Source of the DNA: a virus
Lineage: Duplodnaviria; Caudoviricetes
Reading direction: 5' to 3' (one strand)
IMG/VR virus record: IMGVR_UViG_3300010220_000129
Coordinates: 1 to 42,869 of that record
Length of the DNA stretch: 42,869 nucleotides
Shown here piece by piece: positions 34,382-42,869 of this stretch; position 1 is the stretch's first letter; every line of letters starts with the position of its first letter. The notes beneath the pieces were generated by a model. It saw only the letters and a list, made by a program, of their open reading frames with translations, searched no databases and was not told where the DNA came from. The translations under genes and the position numbers were made by a program.

Positions 34382-35551
34382 TCAGAACACGAAAGCGGGC
34401 CGGAAGCCGAAGAGGCTGTTCGCGTACGAACGTGCGTAGCTCAGGTTGAGGGCGAAGACGCCGGCATACGAGCCATCGTACCAGTCGCCCCCGCTCAAGG
34501 CGATGGTTTCACGGTCAGCCCACCGGCCCCAGACGTAGTCGGGAAGGATGGCATCCTCGCGCGCATCTCTGACGGATGAGGGCAGGAACAGGAACGGCAG
34601 GTTGAAGCTGTCGCCGCCTTCGATATGCAGATCGGCCGGATAGCCGTCATCGGTGCCGGGGCCATAGGCAATGCCCGTGTTCACCCAGGCATCCGGGCCG
34701 GGGATCGTGTCATGCCAGACCTCGATCACGCCACCCTTGCTGATGCGCAGGCCATCCACAAATTGCCAGGCATTGCCCCAGAGATCATCGATGCCGCGCC
34801 AGACCGCCCCGGTGGTACCGGTCGGCTTCATGCCGCTGACATCGACGTTGCCGCGGGCGATCGCGGTCTGCACATCCGGGGTGCCCAGATCGATCAGCGC
34901 GAGGATCTGCACCGCCGCCTGATCATAGACCGACCACAGGCGCCAGCCTTGACCGAGGCCCTGACACTGGGCGCGGGCCTCGTCGATGGTGATCGAGGTC
35001 CAGGGCGCGCGATCTGCGGCCACTTCCAGCTTGCCCTCGTTCTTGCTGGCCAGATACTTGCCGACGCGCAGCACGGCGCAGGAGCGCCCGTCCGGGGTCA
35101 GGAAGGCGGGGTGCAGCGAGAAGCCTGCCGCCGCGCGCGGGCTGACCCACCACAGATGATCGTCACCCCGGATCTCGAAGCGCACCCAGAAATGCGGGAT
35201 CTCGACCAGGGCATGCCCATCGGCGGTGACGATATCGCGCATCCGCCCCCAGACCGCATGCTTGTCGAAATAGTCATGCGCGAGGGTGACGTGGTTCCCG
35301 GCCGCGTCGATCTGGTGCCAGTTGCCGTTGATGTCGAGCGCGATGCCGACAATGCCGTCACCGGCATCCGCCGCCGCAAGCTCGATCGCGCCCTCGCAGG
35401 TCTCGTCAAAGGCCAGCGCGGCATCCTGCCCGCTGATGAAGCGCCACATGTCATGGGCGTATTCGATGGCCTCGGGCAGCTTCGCGCCGGCGAGCGCCTT
35501 GTCGAGGATGCTCAGGCGCAGGTCTCGGTCAGTCATGGTCATGGTACTCAC
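34382..35551 (-). CDS. DGR target 2: remote C-type-lectin-fold (Mtd/FGE-like) protein in the early operon
   Basis: HPAF, VGKYLA, GWRLWS, GIDDLWGNAWQFVDG and GGDW...GFRPAF motifs parallel target 1. 3' end is a TR-derived VR. Start is GTG 35551 or ATG 35542. Confidence 0.92.
   Translation of the reverse strand: MSTMTMTDRDLRLSILDKALAGAKLPEAIEYAHDMWRFISGQDAALAFDETCEGAIELAAADAGDGIVGIALDINGNWHQIDAAGNHVTLAHDYFDKHAVWGRMRDIVTADGHALVEIPHFWVRFEIRGDDHLWWVSPRAAAGFSLHPAFLTPDGRSCAVLRVGKYLASKNEGKLEVAADRAPWTSITIDEARAQCQGLGQGWRLWSVYDQAAVQILALIDLGTPDVQTAIARGNVDVSGMKPTGTTGAVWRGIDDLWGNAWQFVDGLRISKGGVIEVWHDTIPGPDAWVNTGIAYGPGTDDGYPADLHIEGGDSFNLPFLFLPSSVRDAREDAILPDYVWGRWADRETIALSGGDWYDGSYAGVFALNLSYARSYANSLFGFRPAFVF
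34394..34494 (-). repeat. DGR variable repeat VR2
   Basis: 101 nt aligned to TR without gaps. 10 mismatches, all at TR adenines (AAC>GAC, AAC>TAC x3, AAT>GAT, AAT>TAT, AAC>AGC, AAC>CTC, ATC>TTC). Confidence 0.97.
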
Positions 35552-35566
35552 TCCCTTGGATGGCGG

Positions 35567-36232
35567 TCAGGCGCTGGCCAGATCGATGGTGATGGGTTCC
35601 CAGCGGGCGCGGGCATGCTCGCGGCGGTAGAAGCGCAGGTATTCCTTGGAGCCGATCACCCGGATCGCATCGGACAGCGCATCCATGGCGGCGCGCCATT
35701 CCGGGTCACCGTCCTCGACGCGCATGCGGCGCAGCTGGAACAGGGCCGAGCGGTTGATGCGCCCCTCCTTGTCCACCTGGAAGGCATGCTGGATCAGCGT
35801 GCGCACCTGCGCATTCGAGCCTTCGGACCAGCGCGAGATGCAGACATCGACCAGTTCCTTCGCCGCCTGAAGCTCGGGGCCGAAGGTGATCTGGTCCTGC
35901 ACCTGGACCTTGACCTGCAAAGTGCCGTCGAAGCTCGTGAGCGTGACATTGCCCTTCGCGCCGCCCAGGCGGCGGCCGTATTTCTCGTTCATCAGATCGA
36001 TGGTGGTGACGATGTCGTCGAAGGTGTGCCCGTGGAAGCGGCTGATCTGCGCGGACAGATCCAGGGCGAAGCCGCAGATCTTGCGCGTGGTCTCGTCCAT
36101 GAGGAGATCCTCGGGCTGGATGGTCTCCAGGGGCACGAGGTGGCCCGAGGTATTGCGCATGTACTTCTCGCCCTGGATCTCGATGATGCCATCGGCGGGG
36201 GCTTCGGGCTGAATGTCGGTCTGGGTATTCAT
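35567..36232 (-). CDS. DUF3164 family Mu-like early protein
   Basis: GHLVP, GGAKGNVTLTSFDG, FGPELQAAKELVD, AFQVDKEG and SKEYLRFYRR motifs. Confidence 0.88.
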   Translation of the reverse strand: MNTQTDIQPEAPADGIIEIQGEKYMRNTSGHLVPLETIQPEDLLMDETTRKICGFALDLSAQISRFHGHTFDDIVTTIDLMNEKYGRRLGGAKGNVTLTSFDGTLQVKVQVQDQITFGPELQAAKELVDVCISRWSEGSNAQVRTLIQHAFQVDKEGRINRSALFQLRRMRVEDGDPEWRAAMDALSDAIRVIGSKEYLRFYRREHARARWEPITIDLASA

Positions 36233-36264
36233 GGAGGTCTCCTGAAGGGGCGCCGGAGCGCCGT

Positions 36265-36546
36265 TTACGCGGGGGTTGCGGGGTGGTGCGGCGCAGGTCG
36301 CTGGATCGCATCCAGTCGCTTGCGCCAGGGATCGAGGCGGACCACGTTGCCCGCCTCGCTGGGGGGTTCGGGGAGGGTGGCCGAGGCGGGCACGACCAGC
36401 CCCTCGATCAGCTCGACCCGGTCGGCCACATCGGCCAGGACATCGAGCGCAAGGTCGAGAAACTCGGGCGTGAGATCGCCCTTGTCGGAGGTGTCGCGGA
36501 GGGAGAAGTTGATCGCGCGGATCTCGCCGGACAGCATCATGCTCAC
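36265..36546 (-). CDS. Hypothetical early protein
   Basis: 93 aa, coupled to the B gene stop; AGNVVRL motif. Confidence 0.6.
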   Translation of the reverse strand: MSMMLSGEIRAINFSLRDTSDKGDLTPEFLDLALDVLADVADRVELIEGLVVPASATLPEPPSEAGNVVRLDPWRKRLDAIQRPAPHHPATPA

Positions 36547-37523
36547 TCCTGCCCGCCGAGATTGACGCGGGCCTGGCGCAGGGCCGCGAGGGTGACCTCG
36601 CCGCCGCTCGCCATCGAGGCCAGCGCCAGCACCTTGCTCGCGCCGCGCAGGGCGCCGGGCTCGGCAGCCACCTCTTTCAGCAGCTCGACCTCGGGCGCGC
36701 CCTTGACGCCCCAGGCGGCCGCCAGCGCCCGCACATCGCCCACGGTCGGGCGCGGGATGAAGAGGCGCATGCCGATGCGGCTGAAGATCTGGGCAAAGCG
36801 CATCGAGCGGTTGCCGCCCGTCAGCCGCGAATAGACCTCGGGGTTGCCCGCGAAGACGAGGCCGATGCCCGTCGCGTCATGGATCGAGATCCGCAGTTCC
36901 TCCAGCGCCGAGGTCGAGAGATGCTGCGCCTCGTCGATGATCAGGAGGCCGCGCGTGCCCTCGATCTTGCGGCGAATGGCGCGGGCGATCCGGCGCGCAC
37001 CACCCCCGGCATCGCGCAGACCGATGGCCTCGGCCACCTCCTCCAGCGCCGGCACGAGGCCCGCGCTGTCGGGCGACATGGTGGCGATCCAGACCGAGGG
37101 GTTGGTGTCGCGGTAATGGCGGAAGGACTTGGTCTTGCCCACGCCGGGATTGCCGTAGATGCAGACGATGTCGCCGGCCATCTGGGCATAGCTCAGCGCA
37201 TTCACCACCTTCTCGGCCGAGGGCGAGCGGAAGAACTCGGGCGCCACCGGCATCGAGCCCGCCACCTGGTCGCGGCGCTCCTGATTGTCGAGCCAGATCT
37301 CGACCGCCGCTTCGACGGCCGGGATGTTGCCCTGGTACTTGCCGTTGAGCCACTGGTTCAGCGCCGTGCCGGAAATGCCGATTTCCTGACCGGCCTTGAC
37401 CTGCGACAGGCCACGGCGGGCAATGGTGGCCCGGGCGCGATCGATCAGCGGCAGGCGGCCGCTCACATAGTCATCTTCCTCGGTCTCGGGGGTCATCTGG
37501 ACAATCTGGGCGTTCGGGGTCAT
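36543..37523 (-). CDS. MuB-like DNA transposition protein (HTH + AAA+ ATPase)
   Basis: N-terminal HTH (SQVKAGQEIGISGTALNQWLNGKY), Walker A GNPGVGKT, Walker B LLIIDEAQHL, QIFSRIG. Confidence 0.93.
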   Translation of the reverse strand: MTPNAQIVQMTPETEEDDYVSGRLPLIDRARATIARRGLSQVKAGQEIGISGTALNQWLNGKYQGNIPAVEAAVEIWLDNQERRDQVAGSMPVAPEFFRSPSAEKVVNALSYAQMAGDIVCIYGNPGVGKTKSFRHYRDTNPSVWIATMSPDSAGLVPALEEVAEAIGLRDAGGGARRIARAIRRKIEGTRGLLIIDEAQHLSTSALEELRISIHDATGIGLVFAGNPEVYSRLTGGNRSMRFAQIFSRIGMRLFIPRPTVGDVRALAAAWGVKGAPEVELLKEVAAEPGALRGASKVLALASMASGGEVTLAALRQARVNLGGQE

Positions 37524-37592
37524 GATCTGCTGTCTCCTCAAGATGCAGTTGCAGGGGCTGGCCGGTCGGCGTGGGGCGCCGCCGGCCGTTTC

Positions 37593-39605
37593 TTATTCCG
37601 CGGGCGGGATGCCCTGACGGGTGCGGATGCCGGCAAGAGCGCGGCGCATGAAATCGCTCTGCTCGTCCTCATCCTCGGCAAGGCCGGTCGGACGCTGGCG
37701 CGCCGCCATCGCCGCGAAATCGATCACACCAGGCGCGGCTTCGACTTCGGGCAGGGCGCTGTCGCGGGTCGGGTCGGGGATGGCGCGGAAATGCGCGGCC
37801 ACCACGGTCGAGCTGGGCTCAGGCGGCGGACCTGCCTCTTCGGCTCGGGCCTCGATGGCCTTGCCGTAGAGGTTCTCGCGCTCCAGCTGGCTCATGCGGC
37901 TCGCGGCTTCGGCCTGTTTCTTGGTGGCCTTGACCATCCGCGCGCGGTTCTTGTTCCACTCGCGGCCATCCTCGGTCGCGTTGAAGCCCACGGCGGTCAT
38001 ATGCTTGACCTCAAACAGGTACCGGCCATCGAGCGAATAGACATGCGCGCCGCCGTGCAGGTTCTCGGGGTCGAAATGCGCGACCACCTTCTTGCCTGCC
38101 AGCGCGGCCGAGGCCTCGCACCAATAGCGGTTGCGGCCATAGGCACCCCGGCCCGCGTCGATTGCGATCTCGCCCGCCTGGTTCACGGTCACCACCTCGC
38201 GCACCATCAAGAGAAGGCGGCGCTGACGCTCGGCAAAGCGGCGGAAGGTGATGCTGGCGGTCGCTTCTTCCCAGGCCTGATCGAAGCTCAGGATGCCCCG
38301 GCAGGCCATGGTCCGGCGCTTGGGCTGGGCGTTGTGGCGCGCGACCTCATGGACAAGGGCCGCGTGCAGCTCCTCATAGGTGATCGCCGTGGCCTTGCTG
38401 TAGCCGCGATCGATAAACGAGGGATGGGTTGCCACCTTGTCGTGCAGGCCGCCTATGCCGAAGGCGCGCTCGATCGGCTTCGCGCCGGGGTTGCCCGTCT
38501 CCTTGTCCGGGTTGGTGAAACGCGGATCGATGCCGAGCGCGATCAGCAGGCCCACACCGTCGCTGTCACCATCCTTGAAGCGGTGACGGTTCTCGGCGCC
38601 GGCGGTCATCAGCTTGTTGGCGGCCACGCGCGTGTTGTCGATATACATGATCGAGGGCGCGCAGACCCCGGTCAGGTCATAGGTGGCCAGCCGGAAGAGG
38701 TCGGTGTTCTCGGTCTTGCCCAGGCGCCAGGCGAGGATCTTGCGCGTCCGGATGTCCTGGAAGAACCAGGCGGTGGCGGTGTTGAGGATCTCGCCATCGG
38801 GGAACTTGACCCAGAGGCGGTCGAATTTCAGACCGTCACCGTTGACCGCCTCGCCCGCCGTGAACACGCTCTCGTCGCGGCGCTGCTTGGGCAGGCGGCG
38901 CGCCAGCGCCTCCATGCCTTCGCGCATCAGCACCACGGTCAGCGGATCGATGTCGCTCTCGACCCGGCGCTCCAGCGTCTTGCCGCTCGGGATCACCCAG
39001 CCCTCGACGGCGGCGATCTCTTCCAGGCGGCGATAGGTATCGGCATGGCTCGGGGCGCGCCGCGTCAGGTACTGGCCCAGATACCAATCCCAGGCGCGCG
39101 GATCGCATTCGGCGCGGTCGGTCTTGCCGACATAGCGCGGTGCCAGCGCGGGCAGCCAGTTGCGGCGCTCGACGGCCTTCACCATCTTCGCCCAGCGGCG
39201 GATCGTGGCAGGGCTCACCTCGGCATCTTCCGCGACAAGCTCGGCCGCCGAAACGCGGCCCACGCCACTCTCGACCAGCGCCTCGACGGCGGTCAGCACC
39301 TTCAGGCGGAACTCGGCCTCGTCCTTCAGCGTCTGCGACAGGCGCTCGTAATCCGCCCAGGCCTCATCCTGCGGAACCTCGGCCGGCGTCGGGGCGGCGA
39401 CGGCCTTGCGGTGGCGCAGGAGATAGGCCGCGCGCGCCCGGTCGGGCAGGCTGGAGTAATGGTATTCCAGGCCACCGCCGCGTTCCTCGCGTTCACGGCA
39501 AATCCAGTCGTCACGCCGGGCGCGGCGGATGAACCCACTCTTGCTCTCGGGGGCGCCCGGAAGCCCCTGCGCGGCCCAGTCCGCCGCGGTCCGCCATTCG
39601 ATCAT
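37593..39605 (-). CDS. MuA-like DDE transposase
   Basis: N-terminal Mu DNA-binding motif (GGGLEYHYSSLP); catalytic NGDG / YIDNTR / AKPIERAF; C-terminal Mu-transposase domain. Confidence 0.94.
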   Translation of the reverse strand: MIEWRTAADWAAQGLPGAPESKSGFIRRARRDDWICREREERGGGLEYHYSSLPDRARAAYLLRHRKAVAAPTPAEVPQDEAWADYERLSQTLKDEAEFRLKVLTAVEALVESGVGRVSAAELVAEDAEVSPATIRRWAKMVKAVERRNWLPALAPRYVGKTDRAECDPRAWDWYLGQYLTRRAPSHADTYRRLEEIAAVEGWVIPSGKTLERRVESDIDPLTVVLMREGMEALARRLPKQRRDESVFTAGEAVNGDGLKFDRLWVKFPDGEILNTATAWFFQDIRTRKILAWRLGKTENTDLFRLATYDLTGVCAPSIMYIDNTRVAANKLMTAGAENRHRFKDGDSDGVGLLIALGIDPRFTNPDKETGNPGAKPIERAFGIGGLHDKVATHPSFIDRGYSKATAITYEELHAALVHEVARHNAQPKRRTMACRGILSFDQAWEEATASITFRRFAERQRRLLLMVREVVTVNQAGEIAIDAGRGAYGRNRYWCEASAALAGKKVVAHFDPENLHGGAHVYSLDGRYLFEVKHMTAVGFNATEDGREWNKNRARMVKATKKQAEAASRMSQLERENLYGKAIEARAEEAGPPPEPSSTVVAAHFRAIPDPTRDSALPEVEAAPGVIDFAAMAARQRPTGLAEDEDEQSDFMRRALAGIRTRQGIPPAE

Positions 39606-40084
39606 GCCCGGCCCCTCCGCAGGGTGACGGGATGCAGGCGCTTCAGCTCGGCCCGGCGCGCGCGCAGCTCCTCGATCTCCTGATCGATGAAGCCCACCTC
39701 GGCCGCGACGGCCTCCTGCCCGACCAACAGGCGGCAGCCCACCTTCTCGGCCACCATCGCCAGAAGGTCATAATCCCGGGTCGCGAGGATCATCGCGACC
39801 AGCCGCACCACCGAGATCTGATGCGTCTCGCGACTCTCGGCCGTATAGGCGTCGAGCATGTTCTTCGACACATCGTCGCCCAGCATCTCGCTCATCTTCG
39901 CCGCCACCTCGTAGCGCGACAGCGGGTTCTCCTTCAGGCTCTGGCTCAGCGCCTGGCGCAGCTCGGCATCGAAGCCGGCGATCGAGCCCGGCCGCACCTC
40001 GGCGGGGGTCGGCACCACGAAGTAGTCATCGAAAGACATCTGGCGGTCATCATTGCCGCCGCGATGGGGTCTGCGCCTGCTCAT
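39602..40084 (-). CDS. Putative DNA-binding protein preceding transposase
   Basis: SRYEVAAKMSEMLGDDVSKNMLDAYTAESR helix-turn-helix-like segment; ATGA-coupled to the transposase. Confidence 0.7.
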   Translation of the reverse strand: MSRRRPHRGGNDDRQMSFDDYFVVPTPAEVRPGSIAGFDAELRQALSQSLKENPLSRYEVAAKMSEMLGDDVSKNMLDAYTAESRETHQISVVRLVAMILATRDYDLLAMVAEKVGCRLLVGQEAVAAEVGFIDQEIEELRARRAELKRLHPVTLRRGRA

Positions 40085-40164
40085 GCGCGCCCTCCGTTGG
40101 GGTCTTGGTCTGCCTGGCGATGCGCCCCTAAAGTCGCGCAACCACAGTCAAAAGGAATCGATGC

Positions 40165-40461
40165 ATGGACGAAGATCGCCTGAGCGACATGCGGCTCGAA
40201 CTGAGCCGGCTCATCGAGGGCAACGCCCATCTGTTCTGCGCTCTGGCCGATGCCCTGGAGCGCAGCGGGGTGCTGAAACGTGAGGATCTGGTGGCTGCGA
40301 TCGCGGACAAGATCCATTGGCTGGAACACCACAACACAGACATCAATGCGGCGGTGCCGCTGCTTCAGGCCAAAGACTGGCTGATCACTCCACCGCGCAA
40401 CCCGGCTGATCCGTTTGGCGACGAGGGGACGCCGTTCCTGCGCCCCGTTCCGGATCGGTGA
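40165..40461 (+). CDS. Antisense hypothetical protein
   Basis: AAAGGA RBS, 98 aa, protein-like composition with GC-rich third codon positions. Confidence 0.6.
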   Translation: MDEDRLSDMRLELSRLIEGNAHLFCALADALERSGVLKREDLVAAIADKIHWLEHHNTDINAAVPLLQAKDWLITPPRNPADPFGDEGTPFLRPVPDR

Positions 40462-40646
40462 CCGCGCCTTGAGCGATGAGCCCGGCGAGGCGCTGCTCTT
40501 CGGCGCGGTAATGCTCGGCCCGGTAGCCTTTTTCGACGGCCCAAGCGGCCTTGCGCCGGCCCCGTTCCAGCAGGCTGATGCCGGGTTCAAACCAAGGCAG
40601 GAGGTGTCCCATGTTCTTCCTTTCGGGCTGAGGATCAGGGGAAGGC

Positions 40647-40847
40647 TCATTGCTGGCCTCCTTCGGGCCGAGCGAGGGCAACCCGCTCGCAGCCGGAGAT
40701 CACGTATTGCAGGCCGATCTCGGTCATCTCGACCGGCCAGGGCGCGGGATGCGGCGCATCCGGCGCGGGATGGCGGCCAGCCCCGACCCCGCGCGCAGCG
40801 TCGGGCTGCACGGGCGCGGACGCCGGGAAGGGGCTGGCCGGTTTCAT
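40647..40847 (-). CDS. Hypothetical early protein
   Basis: 66 aa, ATGA overlaps at both ends. Confidence 0.4.
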   Translation of the reverse strand: MKPASPFPASAPVQPDAARGVGAGRHPAPDAPHPAPWPVEMTEIGLQYVISGCERVALARPEGGQQ

Positions 40848-41135
40848 GCGAACACCGCCGCGGCCCAGAGGCCGAGCCAGAGCATGCCGAACAGGCAGGC
40901 CGCGCCGATCATGTCACCCAGCCAGCTGTCATCGAGACGCCGGGCGGCTGCGATCAGCCAGCCCCAGCCCGCGCGCAGGGAGGAGGAAGCGCGCGGGCTG
41001 GACGGCTCACGCGCAGGCCCGGTGGCAGCCGGAGCGCGGAGAACCCCGCCCGACCGGCCCGGCGCGCTTTGCGCTTGGGGCTCGGCCAGACGGCCCTTAC
41101 CATCGGAAGCGCCAACAACCGGATGGAGGGATCTG

Positions 41136-41630
41136 ATGGAACTGTCGGAAATGTGGCGCTGGTACTGCGAGCAGCACTTGCCTGCGGGGGGGAGGCTCAT
41201 CCCGCAACCCAATTCACCCGACGAGGTGCTTGTAGCGTTCTGGTCCTTCCACCCCCTATTCCAGGGCAGGACCGATGCGATCAAGGCAACGCCATACGAT
41301 GCCGCCTTCGATGCCGAGGCGGACGCGGCGCTCTTGGCCATGGCCGAGACAGATGGCTTCGCCTCGTGGGACGGCATTTCAGCCGGGGCCTGGCGCGTCC
41401 TGTATGAGCGCTTCGTGTACTGCACCGTTGTGGTCGAGGCCAACAGGCGGGAGGGCGTAAGTGTCATTGACACCCTCCCAGCCGGTCTTTCGCCGCAAGC
41501 GAAGGCTCGATCACTGCTGCTGCGGTATCTTTTAGGCGCTGGACGGGCCATTGATCGAAGATTGCTTCCTCGATCAGCGCCCGGTACCGCGCCGCTGTTT
41601 CCGGCGTCAGCGCCGATAAGGCGACAGTGA
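41136..41630 (+). CDS. Antisense hypothetical protein
   Basis: GGAGG then ATG 41136 (MELSEMWRWYCEQHL...), 164 aa, globular composition, lower GC than flanks. Confidence 0.55.
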   Translation: MELSEMWRWYCEQHLPAGGRLIPQPNSPDEVLVAFWSFHPLFQGRTDAIKATPYDAAFDAEADAALLAMAETDGFASWDGISAGAWRVLYERFVYCTVVVEANRREGVSVIDTLPAGLSPQAKARSLLLRYLLGAGRAIDRRLLPRSAPGTAPLFPASAPIRRQ

Positions 41631-41678
41631 ACGCGTCCTGCGGAGACCTGAACATTCCCGGATCGAGGCGCGCACCCA

Positions 41679-42104
41679 TCACGCGGCCTCCTTCTGGCGG
41701 GCGAGCATCGCCGCCTTGGCCGCACGGGCCGAGGCCGCCATGCGTTCCGCCAGCTCGATCTGGCGGAACTCTTCCAGGGTGATCGAGGGGCGCGACCCCA
41801 GCGGACGCTGGGGCAGGTCCAGACGGCGCGCCATGCCGCGCACCGCCGAGTACGTCACCCCGAAATGCCCGGCGATGTCGGGGCCGTGGACCCCGGCCTG
41901 CCACATGCGGGCGAAGCCCTCACGATCGAGGATCTCGAAGCGACGGCCATTCTTGCGCGGGGGCAGCCCCAACGCCTTGGCGCGGCGCCACAGGTTCGAC
42001 CGTGACAGGCCAACCGCCTCGGCGGCCTGCACGGTGGTCAGCGCTTCGTCCAGCCAGACACGCCGGATCGCCGCTGCCGGGATGCGCTTGCCGGTCGGCA
42101 TCAC
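41679..42104 (-). CDS. Tandem HTH DNA-binding protein
   Basis: TTVQAAEAVGLSRSNLWRRAKALGL and GPDIAGHFGVTYSAVRGMARRLDL. Confidence 0.72.
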   Translation of the reverse strand: MMPTGKRIPAAAIRRVWLDEALTTVQAAEAVGLSRSNLWRRAKALGLPPRKNGRRFEILDREGFARMWQAGVHGPDIAGHFGVTYSAVRGMARRLDLPQRPLGSRPSITLEEFRQIELAERMAASARAAKAAMLARQKEAA

Positions 42105-42376
42105 GCACCCGCCTTCGACTTCGAGGCCTTGAAGCCCAGCGACTGGCTCGCCGGCAGATCGATCGGCGCGCCGGTATGCGGATTGCGGCCGGGGCGCGCC
42201 GCGCGCTGGCGCATCGAGAAGGTGCCGAACCCGTGCAGCGCGACGGAATGCCCGGCCTGCGTCGATTCGCTGATGGTTGCCGTGATCGCGTCCAGCGCGC
42301 TCTCGGCCTGCGCCTTGGTGATCCCGGCCTTGGCGGCAATCGCCTCGATCAGAGCGGGCTTGTTGATACGTGCCAT
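42101..42376 (-). CDS. HU family DNA-binding protein
   Basis: NKPALIEAIA...VALHGFGTFS...ARPGRNPHTGAPI...FKAS; AAGGA RBS. Confidence 0.93.
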   Translation of the reverse strand: MARINKPALIEAIAAKAGITKAQAESALDAITATISESTQAGHSVALHGFGTFSMRQRAARPGRNPHTGAPIDLPASQSLGFKASKSKAGA

Positions 42377-42388
42377 GTCTCAGTCCTT

Positions 42389-42574
42389 TCAGGGGGTCAG
42401 AGGGCGCAGGGGGATGGAGAAGGTGACCGACACGCCCTCGTCGTCGGCCAGAATTGCGAAATCGAGATCGGCACCCCGGCCGAGCTCCCGCGCTACCGCC
42501 AGCGCACCGGCGATGGCGCCTTGCCAGGCAAGCAGCTCGGCCAGCGGCAGGGTCTGGAAATCAGGGGGAGCCAT
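42389..42574 (-). CDS. Hypothetical protein
   Basis: 61 aa, GAGGG RBS, in operon. Confidence 0.5.
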   Translation of the reverse strand: MAPPDFQTLPLAELLAWQGAIAGALAVARELGRGADLDFAILADDEGVSVTFSIPLRPLTP

Positions 42575-42581
42575 GCTGCCC

Positions 42582-42830
42582 TCACCGCATCAGCAGCCAG
42601 AGCGCGACCACGGACAGCGCGCCGGACACGGTGAACAGGAAGTCGAGCCATTCGACCCGGCCATAGCCCAGGGCGTCGATCAGCTCCTTGACCGCGCCCG
42701 CCAGGGCCGCCGCGAAATAGGCGCAGACGGTTGCAGCCGCAGGCGACAGACCTGCCCAGGTAGAGGCCAGCGCCGCAAGCGCGGCAATGGCGGCGCCCGC
42801 CAAGAGATGCTGTTTCCCCACATTCTCCAA
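42582..42830 (-). CDS. Small membrane protein
   Basis: KQHLLAG...GAVKELID...EWLDFLFT; hydrophobic helices. Start uncertain. Confidence 0.55.
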   Translation of the reverse strand: MENVGKQHLLAGAAIAALAALASTWAGLSPAAATVCAYFAAALAGAVKELIDALGYGRVEWLDFLFTVSGALSVVALWLLMR

Positions 42831-42869
42831 GTAAGTCGCTGATTTCGCTGTCGTAATCGTGATATTTCG

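Larger units (their letters stand above)
4197..42869 (-). mobile_element. Mu-like transposable prophage (Mu head + P2-like contractile tail) carrying a DGR; right end at ~4197, left end beyond the window
   Basis: Co-oriented transposase A / B ATPase / GemA / Mor-C / lysis / terminase / portal / F / I / T / tail genes in Mu order, interrupting a host GTA gene. Confidence 0.95.

Noticed and set aside
37593-39605. Transposase + ATPase as a stand-alone IS21 or Tn7/CAST element
   Set aside because: They are embedded in a full Mu-like gene order with head, tail and lysis modules; no TniQ or Cas genes were seen.
100-39683. Many long + strand ORFs (e.g. 100-1980, 2035-3963, 14123-17230, 28042-30384, 36879-39683)
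   Set aside because: They are antisense shadows of well-supported - strand genes in high-GC DNA, with no recognisable motifs.

Overview
High-GC alphaproteobacterial (Rhodobacteraceae-like) DNA. Bases 1-~4196 are the distal end of an RcGTA-type gene transfer agent cluster: an intact g15-like 'megatron' baseplate gene and only the C-terminal half of the g14-like NlpC/P60 gene. From ~4197 to the end of the window is a Mu-like transposable prophage on the - strand. It has an early region with HU, transposase A, B ATPase and GemA, then a Mor/C activator, lysis, Mu-type head and P2-type contractile tail genes. Its repressor and left end lie beyond the window. Where Mu has gin/mom, this prophage has a complete diversity-generating retroelement (target-VR, avd, TR, RT). 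The main observation is that the single template repeat (5563-5679) serves two targets: the adjacent tail-region C-type-lectin-fold gene (VR1 6121-6237) and a remote paralogue ~28 kb away in the early operon, three genes downstream of the B ATPase gene (VR2 34394-34494). Both VRs differ from TR only at adenines, and both have a GRNA-loop hairpin exactly 23 nt after the stop codon. Also seen: a shared late-promoter motif at three sites, candidate transposase-binding repeats at the right end, a -1 frameshift in the tail chaperone, exact duplications in the tape measure gene, and several antisense accessory genes. All family calls are by eye from sequence motifs and gene order; no searches were run.
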